Shown here: piece by piece, positions 17,828 to 26,704 of the stretch
Position numbering within the stretch: the first letter of the stretch is position 1
How the letters are laid out: every line of letters starts with the position of its first letter
Source of the DNA: Nocardioidaceae bacterium
GTDB lineage: Bacteria > Actinomycetota > Actinomycetes > Propionibacteriales > Nocardioidaceae
DNA length: 51,318 bases
Reading direction: 5' to 3'
NCBI GenBank assembly: GCA_013697905.1
Contig: JACCVZ010000137.1
Coordinates: forward strand, 1-51,318
Program-made: the position numbers and the translations under genes
The notes under the pieces: generated by a model
What the model was told of the DNA's origin: nothing
Seen by the model: the letters and a program-made list of their open reading frames with translations, nothing else
Database searches by the model: none

Positions 17828-19012
17828 GTGGCAGCACCGCAGAACTACTTGGCGGTCATCAAGGTTGTCGGCATCGGCGGTGGTGGAGTCAATGCCGTCA
17901 ACCGGATGATCGAAGTTGGGCTTCGAGGTGTGGAGTTCATCGCCATCAACACCGACGCCCAGGCGTTGCTCATGAGCGACGCCGACGTCAAGCTCGACAT
18001 CGGCCGGGAGCTTACGCGCGGTCTTGGGGCGGGCGCCGACCCGGAGGTGGGGGGACAAGCTTCCGGTGACCACTCCGAGGAGATCGAAGAAGTGCTCAAG
18101 GGCGCTGACATGGTCTTCGTGACCGCCGGCGAGGGTGGCGGCACAGGTACCGGCGGAGCCCCCGTCGTGGCACGGATCGCCCGCGCCCTTGGCGCGTTGA
18201 CAATCGGGGTCGTGACGCGGCCGTTCGCCTTCGAAGGTCGGCGTCGCGCCAACCAGGCCGAAGAAGGGATTGCGGCTCTGCGCGAAGAAGTCGACACGCT
18301 CATCGTGATCCCGAACGACCGGCTGCTGTCGATCTCCGACCGCAACGTGAGCGTCCTCGACGCGTTCAAGCAGGCCGACCAGGTGCTGTTGCAGGGTGTC
18401 TCGGGCATCACCGACCTGATCACCACCCCGGGTCTGATCAACCTCGACTTCGCCGACGTGAAGTCGGTGATGCAGAACGCAGGGTCTGCGCTGATGGGCA
18501 TCGGCCGGGCCAACGGCGACGACAGGGCAGTCGTCGCCGCCGAGATGGCGGTCTCGAGCCCACTGCTGGAGGCCTCTATCGACGGCGCCTACGGGGTGCT
18601 GCTCTCGATCTCCGGTGGATCGGATCTCGGCTTGTTCGAGATCAACGAGGCAGCGGCGCTGGTCTCCCAGGCCGCCCACGCCGATGCCAACATCATTTTC
18701 GGCGCGGTGATCGACGACGCGCTCGGCGACGAGGTTCGGGTGACCGTGATTGCCGCCGGATTCGACGGCGGGATGCCCAAGCGACGCGACCAGTCTCAAC
18801 CGGCGCTGCGTCGAGACCCCGCTCCCGCGGCACCCGGGGGGCAGCCCGCCCCACCGGCTCAGCCAGCCCGTCCCAGCCCGACCTCGACCACTCCCGACTC
18901 GGCTGCCGCAAAGCCCGCACCCAGTCGGGAGCCTCAGCGCCCCGCCAAGCAGCCGCGCGCGATCCCGTTCGACGACAACGAGGACCTCGACGTCCCCGAC
19001 TTCCTCAAGTAG
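17828..19012 (+). CDS. ftsZ: Cell division GTPase FtsZ
   Basis: [27 protein letters not shown]..., tubulin signature [10 protein letters not shown], and C-terminal peptide [13 protein letters not shown]. The tracked ORF starts at 17750, but that extension has low GC3. GTG 17828 is preceded by GAGAGG. Confidence 0.97.
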   Translation: MAAPQNYLAVIKVVGIGGGGVNAVNRMIEVGLRGVEFIAINTDAQALLMSDADVKLDIGRELTRGLGAGADPEVGGQASGDHSEEIEEVLKGADMVFVTAGEGGGTGTGGAPVVARIARALGALTIGVVTRPFAFEGRRRANQAEEGIAALREEVDTLIVIPNDRLLSISDRNVSVLDAFKQADQVLLQGVSGITDLITTPGLINLDFADVKSVMQNAGSALMGIGRANGDDRAVVAAEMAVSSPLLEASIDGAYGVLLSISGGSDLGLFEINEAAALVSQAAHADANIIFGAVIDDALGDEVRVTVIAAGFDGGMPKRRDQSQPALRRDPAPAAPGGQPAPPAQPARPSPTSTTPDSAAAKPAPSREPQRPAKQPRAIPFDDNEDLDVPDFLK

Positions 19013-19015
19013 TAC

Positions 19016-19747
19016 GTGTTCGCCAGCCGCGAGCGCTCCGAGTTCGGCCCAGTCGACATCGCGTTCACTGATCGCCATGGTGGCATCAGCTCGGCGCCGT
19101 TCGACAGCCTGGACGTCAGCAGGTCGAGACCCGGCCGAGACGCCGAGCTCGCCAGCAACCTCGCTCGGCTGGCAAACGCGTTCGCCGTGCCCGGGTTCGC
19201 GACCATGCACCAGATGCACGGCGCTGAGGTCCGGGTCGTCGACGTACCTGGGCTGGCGCCCGGAAGGTGTGACGCGCTGGTGACGAAGACGGCCGGCGTT
19301 GCGCTTTGTGTCCGAGTCGGGGACTGCGTGCCGGTGGTCTTCGCCGATGCCGCCACCGGAGTCGTCGGGGTCGCACACGCCGGCCGCGCCGGCATGGTCG
19401 CCGGGGTGGTGGGCGCGACCGTCGACGCGATGCGCAGTCTTGGCGCCACGCTGATCGAGGCGTACATCGGTTCCCACGTGTGCGGCGGTTGCTACGAGGT
19501 GCCGCCAGCCATGCGCGACGAAGTCGCCGGGCTCGTCCCGGCGGCCTTCGCATGCACCAGATGGGGAACCCCGTCCCTCGACCTGGGAGCGGGTGTGCGC
19601 TCGCAGCTCGATGCGGCGGGTTGCACGTCGAACGACCGGGCCCGATGCACCCGCGAGTCCGACGACCTCTACTCCCACCGGCGCGATGGTGACCGGTCGG
19701 GAAGGTTCGCCGGACTCGTCGTCGTCCGCGGCGGCGAGCGTGACTGA
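19016..19747 (+). CDS. pgeF: Peptidoglycan editing factor PgeF (YfiH/DUF152, laccase-domain protein)
   Basis: HQMHGAEV..., CVPV..., HAGRAG... and CGGCYEV motifs. Standard position after ftsZ. Confidence 0.85.
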   Translation: MFASRERSEFGPVDIAFTDRHGGISSAPFDSLDVSRSRPGRDAELASNLARLANAFAVPGFATMHQMHGAEVRVVDVPGLAPGRCDALVTKTAGVALCVRVGDCVPVVFADAATGVVGVAHAGRAGMVAGVVGATVDAMRSLGATLIEAYIGSHVCGGCYEVPPAMRDEVAGLVPAAFACTRWGTPSLDLGAGVRSQLDAAGCTSNDRARCTRESDDLYSHRRDGDRSGRFAGLVVVRGGERD

Positions 19748-20447
19748 CGGTCGGCGAGCTGAGCTCTCGGGTCGTCTCACCGACGTCCGTGATCGCATCC
19801 ACCGTGCCTGCAGCGCTGCCGGCAGGAACATCGACGACGTCACGCTCGTGGTGGTGACCAAGACCTGGCCGGTGGCAGACCTTCGGCTCCTACGCGCGCT
19901 GGGAGTGCAGGACTTCGGCGAGAACCGGCTTCAGGAGCTGCAGGAGAAGTCGGTCGAGCTCGCTGATCTGGACATCCGCTGGCACTTCGTCGGGCAGGTG
20001 CAGTCCAACAAGGCGGCCAAGGTGGCCCGATACGCCGACATGGTCCACTCGGTCGACTCCGACCGCGTGGCGCTGAAGCTCGACGCAGGTGCTCACCGGT
20101 TCGAGCGCGAGATCGACTGCCTGGTGCAGGTCAGCCTCGACTCCGAGGGAGCTGGCGGCGGACGTGGCGGCGTCCGTCTCGATGGCATCGACTCGGTCGC
20201 CAATGCGCTCGCGGGGGGGAGGTGGGTCCGGCTCCGCGGTGTCATGGGCGTGGCGCCGCTCGGAGAGGACCCCTCCCCGGCGTACGCACGGCTACGTGAG
20301 ATATCGCGCCGCCTCGTCTCCTCCCATCCGAGCGCCAGTTGTGTTTCGGCGGGTATGAGCGACGACTTCGAGGCGGCTCTGGCGGCCGGTGCGACACACG
20401 TGCGTGTCGGCAGCGCGGTACTCGGCGCACGCCCCCCGCTCGGGTAG
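19740..20447 (+). CDS. yggS: YggS/YlmE-family pyridoxal-phosphate homeostasis protein
   Basis: LVVVTKTWP (PLP lysine) and [10 protein letters not shown] motifs. I trimmed the tracked ORF (19593) to GTG 19740, which overlaps the pgeF stop by 8 nt. Confidence 0.85.
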   Translation: MTDGRRAELSGRLTDVRDRIHRACSAAGRNIDDVTLVVVTKTWPVADLRLLRALGVQDFGENRLQELQEKSVELADLDIRWHFVGQVQSNKAAKVARYADMVHSVDSDRVALKLDAGAHRFEREIDCLVQVSLDSEGAGGGRGGVRLDGIDSVANALAGGRWVRLRGVMGVAPLGEDPSPAYARLREISRRLVSSHPSASCVSAGMSDDFEAALAAGATHVRVGSAVLGARPPLG

Positions 20448-20533
20448 TGTCGGCTGCGAGTGAGGCTGACAGCGTCGTACACGAGCAGGCAACACCCACC
20501 CAGCATCGTTCGGCAAGCGGAGGCAACGAGGTC

Positions 20534-21010
20534 ATGGCGAGTGCAATGCGCAAGGTCGGGGTCTACCTGGGCCTGCTCGAGGACACCGACCGCTACGAAG
20601 ACGACTACTTCGCCGACGGGGAGGAGCCAGCCCGGCAGTCGACTCGGCCCGTCACCGCCGTCCCCGACGAAAGGCGCCCCCCGGTGGCGTCGTTGTCGGA
20701 GCGCCGTCGACCTGCTCAGTCGGTTGCCGAGCTGTCGCGCATCACCACCCTCCACCCACGCACCTACAACGAGGCTCGCACGATCGGGGAGCAGTTCCGC
20801 GAGGGCATCCCAGTGATCATGAACCTGTCCGAGATGGACGACAGCGACGCCAAGCGTCTCGTCGACTTCTCTGCTGGCCTCGTGTTCGCCACCCGCGGAT
20901 CCATCGAGCGGGTGACCAGCAAGGTGTTCCTTCTCTCGCCCCCGAACGTGTCGGTGGCGGCCGAAGACAAGCAGCGGATCGCCGAAGGCGGGTTCTTCAA
21001 CCAGAGCTGA
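20534..21010 (+). CDS. sepF: Cell division protein SepF
   Basis: [17 protein letters not shown]... N-terminal amphipathic helix and a conserved C-domain ([22 protein letters not shown]...VFLLSP). ATG 20534 is preceded by GGAGG. Confidence 0.9.
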   Translation: MASAMRKVGVYLGLLEDTDRYEDDYFADGEEPARQSTRPVTAVPDERRPPVASLSERRRPAQSVAELSRITTLHPRTYNEARTIGEQFREGIPVIMNLSEMDDSDAKRLVDFSAGLVFATRGSIERVTSKVFLLSPPNVSVAAEDKQRIAEGGFFNQS

Positions 21011-21035
21011 CGACTCGACCGTCTATATTCGGCCC

Positions 21036-21332
21036 GTGGTCGTCGTCGGATTCATCATCGAACTGGTCCTCTGGTTTTACATCCTTCTCATCTTGGCGAG
21101 GATCGTCGCCGACTGGGTGCAGATGTTCGCGCGGTCGTGGCACCCCCGCGGACCCATCCTCGTCCTGCTCGAAGTCATCTACACCACGACTGACCCGCCG
21201 ATCAAGGCGTTCCGTCGGGTCTTGCCGCCACTGCGTTTCGGTGGCGTGGCCGTGGACCTGTCGCTGCTGTTCGTGCTCATCATTTGCTACGTTTTGCTGT
21301 ACCTGAACCGTCGTATCTTCCTGGTGGGTTAG
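21036..21332 (+). CDS. YggT/YlmG-family small membrane protein
   Basis: 98 aa with two or three TM helices and the YggT-like ...ILARIVADWVQ... segment. Lies between sepF and divIVA. Confidence 0.8.
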   Translation: MVVVGFIIELVLWFYILLILARIVADWVQMFARSWHPRGPILVLLEVIYTTTDPPIKAFRRVLPPLRFGGVAVDLSLLFVLIICYVLLYLNRRIFLVG

Positions 21333-21425
21333 GAGCAGCCGCCGCGTTGCTTAGTCGCAGCCCGAGCGAACGGAGTAGCGTTCGGCGTGCACGTGCCGAA
21401 CAGATCGACCTACCTGGAGCGAACC

Positions 21426-22229
21426 ATGTCGTTGACGCCCGAAGACGTCCACAAGAAGACGTTTACGCCCGTCCGACTGCGGGAGGGTTACGACATGGGC
21501 GAGGTGGACCAGTTCCTCGACGAAGTCGAGGTAGAGCTCACCCGGCTGCACGAGGAGAACGACGACCTCCGGTCCAAGGTCTCTGTCGCTTCCACCGGGT
21601 CGTCGTCGCCGCAGGCGTCCGCTGTCGTCCCGGGCTCCACCCCCGTCAAGGAGCCTGAGGAGGCTACTCCGTCGGTGGCTGCGTTGCCCGCCGTCAAGAC
21701 GGTCCCGGAGGCGTCGACGGCTGCCGCGCGACTGCTGGAGATCGCCACCCGGAACGCCGACCAGCTGGTCGACGAGGCAAAGGACGATGCCGACAGAATC
21801 CTCGGCGAGGCCCGAACCAAGGCCGAACGTCTCGAGGTCGACGCGAAGTCGAAGTCCGAGCGACTCGAGTCCGACGCGCGCACCCGCTCCGAGAAGCTCG
21901 ACACCGAGACCAAAGCACGGCGCCAGCAGCTCTTCGGCCAGCTCGATCATGAAAAGGAGAGCCTGGCTCGCGAGCTCGAGGACCTACGGGCGTTCGAGCG
22001 CGAGTACCGTAGCCGGCTGCGTGGCTACTTCCAGGCGCAACTCAAGACTCTCGATGGTGAGGGAGACGGCGGGGAGACGCCGCTCACCCCCTCCGCCGAC
22101 GGGGAGACCCCGCGTCGGCTTCGTGAACTGCTCGGTGAGGGCCAGGAGCAGGACCAGGAGCAGGACCAGCAACAGGAGCAGGAGCAGGAGCAGCAACAGA
22201 ACCAGCAACAGGAGCAGGAGCAGCGCTGA
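21426..22229 (+). CDS. divIVA: DivIVA/Wag31 polar-growth coiled-coil protein with a Gln/Glu-rich C-terminal tail
   Basis: MSLTPEDVHKKTFTPVRLREGYDMGEVDQFLDEVE... (DivIVA lipid-binding domain) followed by long coiled coils. I trimmed the tracked ORF to ATG 21426. Confidence 0.9.
   Translation: MSLTPEDVHKKTFTPVRLREGYDMGEVDQFLDEVEVELTRLHEENDDLRSKVSVASTGSSSPQASAVVPGSTPVKEPEEATPSVAALPAVKTVPEASTAAARLLEIATRNADQLVDEAKDDADRILGEARTKAERLEVDAKSKSERLESDARTRSEKLDTETKARRQQLFGQLDHEKESLARELEDLRAFEREYRSRLRGYFQAQLKTLDGEGDGGETPLTPSADGETPRRLRELLGEGQEQDQEQDQQQEQEQEQQQNQQQEQEQR
22138..22226 (+). repeat. Imperfect CAG/GAG/GAC trinucleotide-repeat tract encoding the DivIVA tail EGQEQDQEQDQQQEQEQEQQQNQQQEQEQR
   Basis: Directly visible: gagcaggaccaggagcaggaccagcaacaggagcaggagcaggagcagcaacagaaccagcaacaggagcaggagcag. 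Confidence 0.9.
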
Positions 22230-22283
22230 GTTCTGGCTGCCGGCTCAGCCCCCTCCTGAGCAGGTCCGCTCGCTCCTCGGCGG

Positions 22284-25200
22284 TCACACCTTGCGCAGAG
22301 TGAACGCGAGTCCGAGGTCGGAGTCGTGCTGGCTGTGCTCTCCTGCTTCCTCGCGCACCTCGACGGCCAAGATCTCGCGGGCGATGACGTCGGCATGCTG
22401 GCGCAGGGCGCCGGCCGTCTCGCCTTCGGCTTGCCAGCTGAGCGAGATCCGGTCCGACACGTCCAGCCCGTGGGTCTTGCGGGCCTCCTGCATCGTGCGG
22501 ATGACCTCACGGGCCCGCCCGGCGCGGATCAGCTCCGGCGTGAGATGCAGATCGAGAGCGACCGTCTCACCGTGCTCGTTGACCACCGACCAGCCCTCGC
22601 GGGGACGCTCTGAGATGATCACGTCGTCCGCAGTGATCTCGACCCCTCCCTCGAAGTCGATCGTCGCAGAACCCTTGCTGGCAAGGCGTTCTGCCAGACT
22701 TGCCGCGTCTGCCGCGGCGATCGCGGCAGCCACATGCGGAGTTTGGCTGCCGAACCGCTTACCGAGATTTCGGAAGTTCGCCTTGGCGGTGTGGTCGACG
22801 AGATCTCCGGTCGAGCCGAGCGACTCGACGGTCTCGACATTGAGCTCGGCGGCAATCTCCGCCCTGAGCTCTTCGGTCAGCTGACCGAACGCGCTCGACG
22901 GGATCAGCGCCCGCTGCAGCGGCTGGCGAGTCTTGACCCTGCCCTCGGCCCGGGCCGAGCGACCGAGGTCGACGAGTCGGCGGGTGAGTGCCATCCCACG
23001 ATCGAGCTGGGGATCCACCAGCGCCTCGTCGTAAGACGGCCACGTCGCCAGGTGGACCGACGCAGACGCGGAGGGGTCGACCGGCCGAACGATGTCCTGC
23101 CACACCCGCTCGGTGACGAACGGCGTGATTGGTGCGAGCAGCCGGATCAGCACGTCGAGCGTCTCGTGCAGAGTCGACAGTGCCGCGTTGTCGCCGTCCC
23201 AGAAGCGTCGGCGGGAGCGCCGCACGTACCAGTTGGACATGTCGTCGATGAACTTCGCGAGGAGCGCGCCCGCGCGCTGTGTGTCGAAGACCTCCATCGC
23301 AGCGGTCACGTCCTGGACGAGCCGGTTTCGCTGCGACACGAGCCACCGGTCGAGGACGGGGCGGTCACCGACGCCCGGTACGTCGGGGCCTGGTGTCCAG
23401 CCGGTCGCGCGCGCGTAGACCGCCTGGAACGACACGGTGTTCCATAGCGTCATGAGCACCTTGCGGACGATCTCCTGCAACGTGCCGTGTCCCACTCGGC
23501 GGGCGGCCCAAGGTGACCCAGCCGCGGCCATAAACCAGCGCAGGGCGTCGGCGCCGTGCTCGTCCATGAGCGGCATCGGTTCCAGGATGTTGCCCAGATG
23601 CTTGGACATCTTGCGTCCGTCCTCGGCGAGCAGCAATCCCAGGCACACGACGTTCTGGTAGGACGACCGGTCGAACACCAAGGTGCCGATCGCCATCAAC
23701 GAGTAGAACCAGCCGCGGGTCTGGTCGATCGCCTCGCTGATGAACTGAGCGGGGTAAGCACGCTCGAACTCTTCCGCGGAGCCCGGCAGGTAGGGATAGC
23801 CCCACTGCGCGAACGGCATCGAGCCGGAGTCGTACCATGCATCGATCACCTCCGGGACGCGACTCGCCCGTTGTCCGCAGCGGGAACAGGAGAGCACCAC
23901 GTCGTCGACGTACGGGCGGTGCGGGTCGAGCCCGTCGAGGTCCTCGCCGGCCAGCTCGCCCAGCTCGGCCAACGATCCGACACAGGTCAGGTGGTCGTCA
24001 GCACAACGCCAGATCGGCAACGGCGTGCCCCAGTACCGAGTCCGTGACAACGACCAGTCCACGTTGTGCTCGAGCCAATCGCCGAAGCGGCCGTGCTTGA
24101 TCGTCTCCGGGTACCAGTTCGTCTTGTCGTTCTCGGCGATCAGGTTCGCCTTGATCGCGGTCGTGCGGATATACCAAGCCGGAAGGGCGTAGTACATCAG
24201 CGGGGTGTGGCAGCGCCAGCAGTGCGGATAGGAGTGCTCGTAGGCGACGTGGCGAAACATCAGGCCACGCTGCTCGAGATCGACCACCAAGTCAGCGTCG
24301 GCATGCTTGAAGAACTGTCCACCGACAAGGGGCAGACTCTCCTCGAAATGACCGTCGCGGCGGACCGGGTTGACCACTGGCAACCCGTAGGCGAGGCAGA
24401 CCTCCATGTCGTCGGCGCCGAAGGCGGGGGACTGGTGGACGAGGCCGGAGCCGTCGTCAGTGGTGACGTAGTCGCCGAGTACCACGATGTGTGCCTCCGC
24501 GTCGGGGCTGTGCTTGTCACTTCCCTCCGGGCTCCGCTCATTACTTCCCTCCGGGCTCCGCTCATTACTTCCCTCCGGGAAGGCAACCAGCTCGAACGGC
24601 CGCTGGTAGGTCCACCACTCCATCTCGCGGCCGGTGAAGCGGGACTGCACCGTCCAGTCTTCGCCGAGCGCTGAGACAACCAGCGCTTCGGCCACGACGA
24701 GCGTCTCGGTGCCGTTGGTGGCGGCCACGTAGGCGACGTCGGGGTTGACGGCGACGGCGGTGTTGGACACCAGCGTCCACGGAGTCGTCGTCCACACGAG
24801 CAGCGCGGCCTCGCCGGTGAGTGGGCCGGAGGTGAGTGGGAACCGGACGTACACCGACGGGTCGACCACCGTTTCGTAGCCGCCTGGCTGCCCGAGCTCG
24901 TGGTCCGAAAGTGGCGTTTCGCAACGCGGGCAGTAGGGCGAGATGCGGTGTGCCTCATACAGCAGCCCCGCGTCGTAAATCTGCTTCAGCGACCACCACA
25001 CACTCTGGATATACGACGGGTCCATCGTGCGGTAAGCCTGGGCAGTGTCGACCCAGTACCCCATCCGCTCCGTCATCTCCTCGAACTGGTCGGTCGAGCG
25101 CTGCACCGACTCACGGCACTTCGCGTTGAACTCGGCGATGCCGTACGCCTCGATCTGCTGCTTGCCCGAGACGCCTAGCTCCTTCTCCACCCCGACCTCG

Positions 25201-25478
25201 ACGTGCAGCCCCTGGCAGTCCCAGCCCGCCTTGCGGTCGACTCGGAACCCCTGCATGGTCTTGTACCGGGGGAAGACGTCCTTGAAGACCCGGGCCTCCA
25301 CGTGATGGGTGCCCGGCTTGCCGTTGGCGGTAGGGGGTCCCTCGTAGAACGTCCAGCGCGGCGCATGAACGGTCTCTGCGAGGCTGGCAGCGAACGTGCC
25401 GCTTTCGCGCCAGTGCTCAAGGATCTCGCGCTCGAGCGCGGGCAAGTCGACCTGCGGCGGGACGGCTTTGTAGGCCAT
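22284..25478 (-). CDS. ileS: Isoleucine--tRNA ligase (long, type-2-like form, about 1064 aa)
   Basis: HIGH-region PPTANGKPGTHHV, KMSKS KMSKHLGN, and editing-domain motif DGSGLVHQSPAFG. I trimmed the tracked ORF (to 25757) to ATG 25478 (MAYKAVPPQVDLPALEREILEHW...). The upstream extension is the T-box leader. Confidence 0.97.
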   Translation of the reverse strand: MAYKAVPPQVDLPALEREILEHWRESGTFAASLAETVHAPRWTFYEGPPTANGKPGTHHVEARVFKDVFPRYKTMQGFRVDRKAGWDCQGLHVEVGVEKELGVSGKQQIEAYGIAEFNAKCRESVQRSTDQFEEMTERMGYWVDTAQAYRTMDPSYIQSVWWSLKQIYDAGLLYEAHRISPYCPRCETPLSDHELGQPGGYETVVDPSVYVRFPLTSGPLTGEAALLVWTTTPWTLVSNTAVAVNPDVAYVAATNGTETLVVAEALVVSALGEDWTVQSRFTGREMEWWTYQRPFELVAFPEGSNERSPEGSNERSPEGSDKHSPDAEAHIVVLGDYVTTDDGSGLVHQSPAFGADDMEVCLAYGLPVVNPVRRDGHFEESLPLVGGQFFKHADADLVVDLEQRGLMFRHVAYEHSYPHCWRCHTPLMYYALPAWYIRTTAIKANLIAENDKTNWYPETIKHGRFGDWLEHNVDWSLSRTRYWGTPLPIWRCADDHLTCVGSLAELGELAGEDLDGLDPHRPYVDDVVLSCSRCGQRASRVPEVIDAWYDSGSMPFAQWGYPYLPGSAEEFERAYPAQFISEAIDQTRGWFYSLMAIGTLVFDRSSYQNVVCLGLLLAEDGRKMSKHLGNILEPMPLMDEHGADALRWFMAAAGSPWAARRVGHGTLQEIVRKVLMTLWNTVSFQAVYARATGWTPGPDVPGVGDRPVLDRWLVSQRNRLVQDVTAAMEVFDTQRAGALLAKFIDDMSNWYVRRSRRRFWDGDNAALSTLHETLDVLIRLLAPITPFVTERVWQDIVRPVDPSASASVHLATWPSYDEALVDPQLDRGMALTRRLVDLGRSARAEGRVKTRQPLQRALIPSSAFGQLTEELRAEIAAELNVETVESLGSTGDLVDHTAKANFRNLGKRFGSQTPHVAAAIAAADAASLAERLASKGSATIDFEGGVEITADDVIISERPREGWSVVNEHGETVALDLHLTPELIRAGRAREVIRTMQEARKTHGLDVSDRISLSWQAEGETAGALRQHADVIAREILAVEVREEAGEHSQHDSDLGLAFTLRKV
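24519..24579. repeat. Perfect 24-bp tandem repeat (2.5 copies) inside ileS, in frame
   Basis: The unit acttccctccgggctccgctcatt occurs at 24519-24542 and 24543-24566, with a 13-nt partial copy at 24567-24579. A diverged copy lies immediately to the left. It encodes the PEGSNERS-PEGSNERS-PEGSDKHS stretch of IleRS. Confidence 0.95.
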
Positions 25479-25757
25479 ACCGTTCTCTCCCAACGTCACG
25501 GCGCGGTTTTGCGCTCTCGCGGCGAAGGGACGAAGCCGACCGGTCGTGGTCGGCCCCGCGGTACCACCCTCCTTGGCCTGCCAACCCGCGTGCTCAGCGG
25601 ATGGTGGGCCCTCTCGTGGGCTGTCGCGGCCGGTTCTAGTGAGCCAGCATGCTGGCGGTTCTTCCGGCAACTCCGGGGTGATATCCCCATCACTGTCGTG
25701 CGACGTCAGCAGTGTAAGGGGTGCGCTCGGGTCGACACACCTGGATATCACCGGCAT
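25479..25757 (-). promoter_or_regulatory. T-box riboswitch leader of ileS
   Basis: The minus strand carries the T-box core AGGGUGGUACCGCGGGG (plus coordinates 25556-25570 for the GGGUGGUACCGCG core). It is followed by a strong helix, GGGGCCGACC-acgacc-GGUCGGCUUC, with no U-tract, then the SD GGGAGAG and the ATG at 25478. Ile AUC codons in the leader are at 25680-25682 (followed by A) and 25600-25602. Upstream boundary not determined. Confidence 0.75.
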
Positions 25758-25785
25758 TGATGGTTGATTCGTTATGCGTGGCTAT

Positions 25786-25814
25786 TTGAAGCCACGCTCA
25801 TATGCCCCTATCCT
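25786..25814 (+). promoter_or_regulatory. Candidate promoter of the DksA/TraR-like gene (TTGAAG-17 nt-TATCCT)
   Basis: TTGAAG at 25786-25791 and TATCCT at 25809-25814 with a 17-nt spacer, in the only AT-richer patch of the ileS/dksA-like divergent region. Sequence match only. Confidence 0.3.
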
Positions 25815-25849
25815 CTCGGCACGTATTCGGGGGAACCACTGTCGAGGAG

Positions 25850-26704
25850 ATGCCGCCCATGGCTGCCAACAAGACGTCCGCGAGGAGTGCGGTCAAGGGC
25901 GCTGTCTTAAGCTCCACCAAGAAGGCGCCTCCGACCAAGTCGGCCCCGACGAAGGCAACGAAGAAGTCGTCACCGACGTCCGCCAAGCAGACCGCTCCGA
26001 CCACGACCGCGGCAGCCAAGAAGACGGCAGCCACGAAGACGACGGCCAAGAAGACCGCGGCCAAGAAGACCACGGCCACCAGGCAGTCCACCGCGAAGAA
26101 GACGCCGACCAAGACCACAACGGCGAAGAAAACGACGGCGATCAAGACTGCTTCCACCGCTGCAGCAAGGAAGGGCACGTCCCCGAAGGAGTCCGGGGTG
26201 CGGTCGGCCGCCAAGAAGTCTGCTGCTGAACCAGTCCCATCCAAAAAGACCAGCACGGCGAGCCCGAAGAAGGAAGCGGTGAAGAAGTCGACAACCCCCT
26301 CGAGCGCTGGGGACGCGCTGGCGGTTCGCGACGGGGAGAAGCCGTGGTCGGTTGCTGAGATCAAGGAGGTTCGGTCGACGCTCGAGCAGGACCGCGAGCG
26401 CCTGATCGCCGAGATCGCGGCCACCGAGGAGGAGATCAGCCATCTGCTGCGCGAGGGCGGAGAGGGGGCCGGCAACGACCAGGCCGACGTCGGCTCCAAC
26501 ACGTTCGAGCGCGACCACGAGATGAGCATGGCGAAGAACTCCAGAGAGAGCCTCGGGCTCGTCGAGGGTGCGCTCGCGCGGATAGACCGGGGCAGCTACG
26601 GCGTCTGTGAGTCCTGTGGTGGCGCGATCGGCAAGATGCGGCTGCAGGCGTTTCCCCGTGCAACACTGTGCCTGGAATGCAAACAACGCCAGGAACGTCG
26701 CTGA
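25850..26704 (+). CDS. DksA/TraR-family C4 zinc-finger protein with a long Lys/Thr/Ala-rich (histone-H1-like) N-terminal region
   Basis: The C-terminal half has a coiled-coil segment plus [25 protein letters not shown] (CxxC-17-CxxC). The N-terminal roughly 150 aa are KKTAAKKTTA-type repeats. The ATG at 25850 is preceded by GAGGAG; the tracked ORF starts at 25802. Confidence 0.85.
   Translation: MPPMAANKTSARSAVKGAVLSSTKKAPPTKSAPTKATKKSSPTSAKQTAPTTTAAAKKTAATKTTAKKTAAKKTTATRQSTAKKTPTKTTTAKKTTAIKTASTAAARKGTSPKESGVRSAAKKSAAEPVPSKKTSTASPKKEAVKKSTTPSSAGDALAVRDGEKPWSVAEIKEVRSTLEQDRERLIAEIAATEEEISHLLREGGEGAGNDQADVGSNTFERDHEMSMAKNSRESLGLVEGALARIDRGSYGVCESCGGAIGKMRLQAFPRATLCLECKQRQERR

Noticed and set aside
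17810-19861. 683-aa minus-strand ORF antisense to ftsZ, pgeF and yggS
   Set aside because: Same high-GC shadow-frame artefact. The opposite strand encodes unmistakable FtsZ and PgeF.
24495-24580. Possibility that the 24-bp repeats are a CRISPR array or a mobile-element end
   Set aside because: The copies are directly adjacent with no spacers, lie in frame inside ileS and preserve the reading frame. No cas genes or transposase genes are in the window.
25479-25757. N-terminal 93-codon extension of the tracked ileS ORF
   Set aside because: This region contains the T-box core and stems. The IleRS homology-like sequence begins at MAYKAVPPQ (ATG 25478), which has a good SD.
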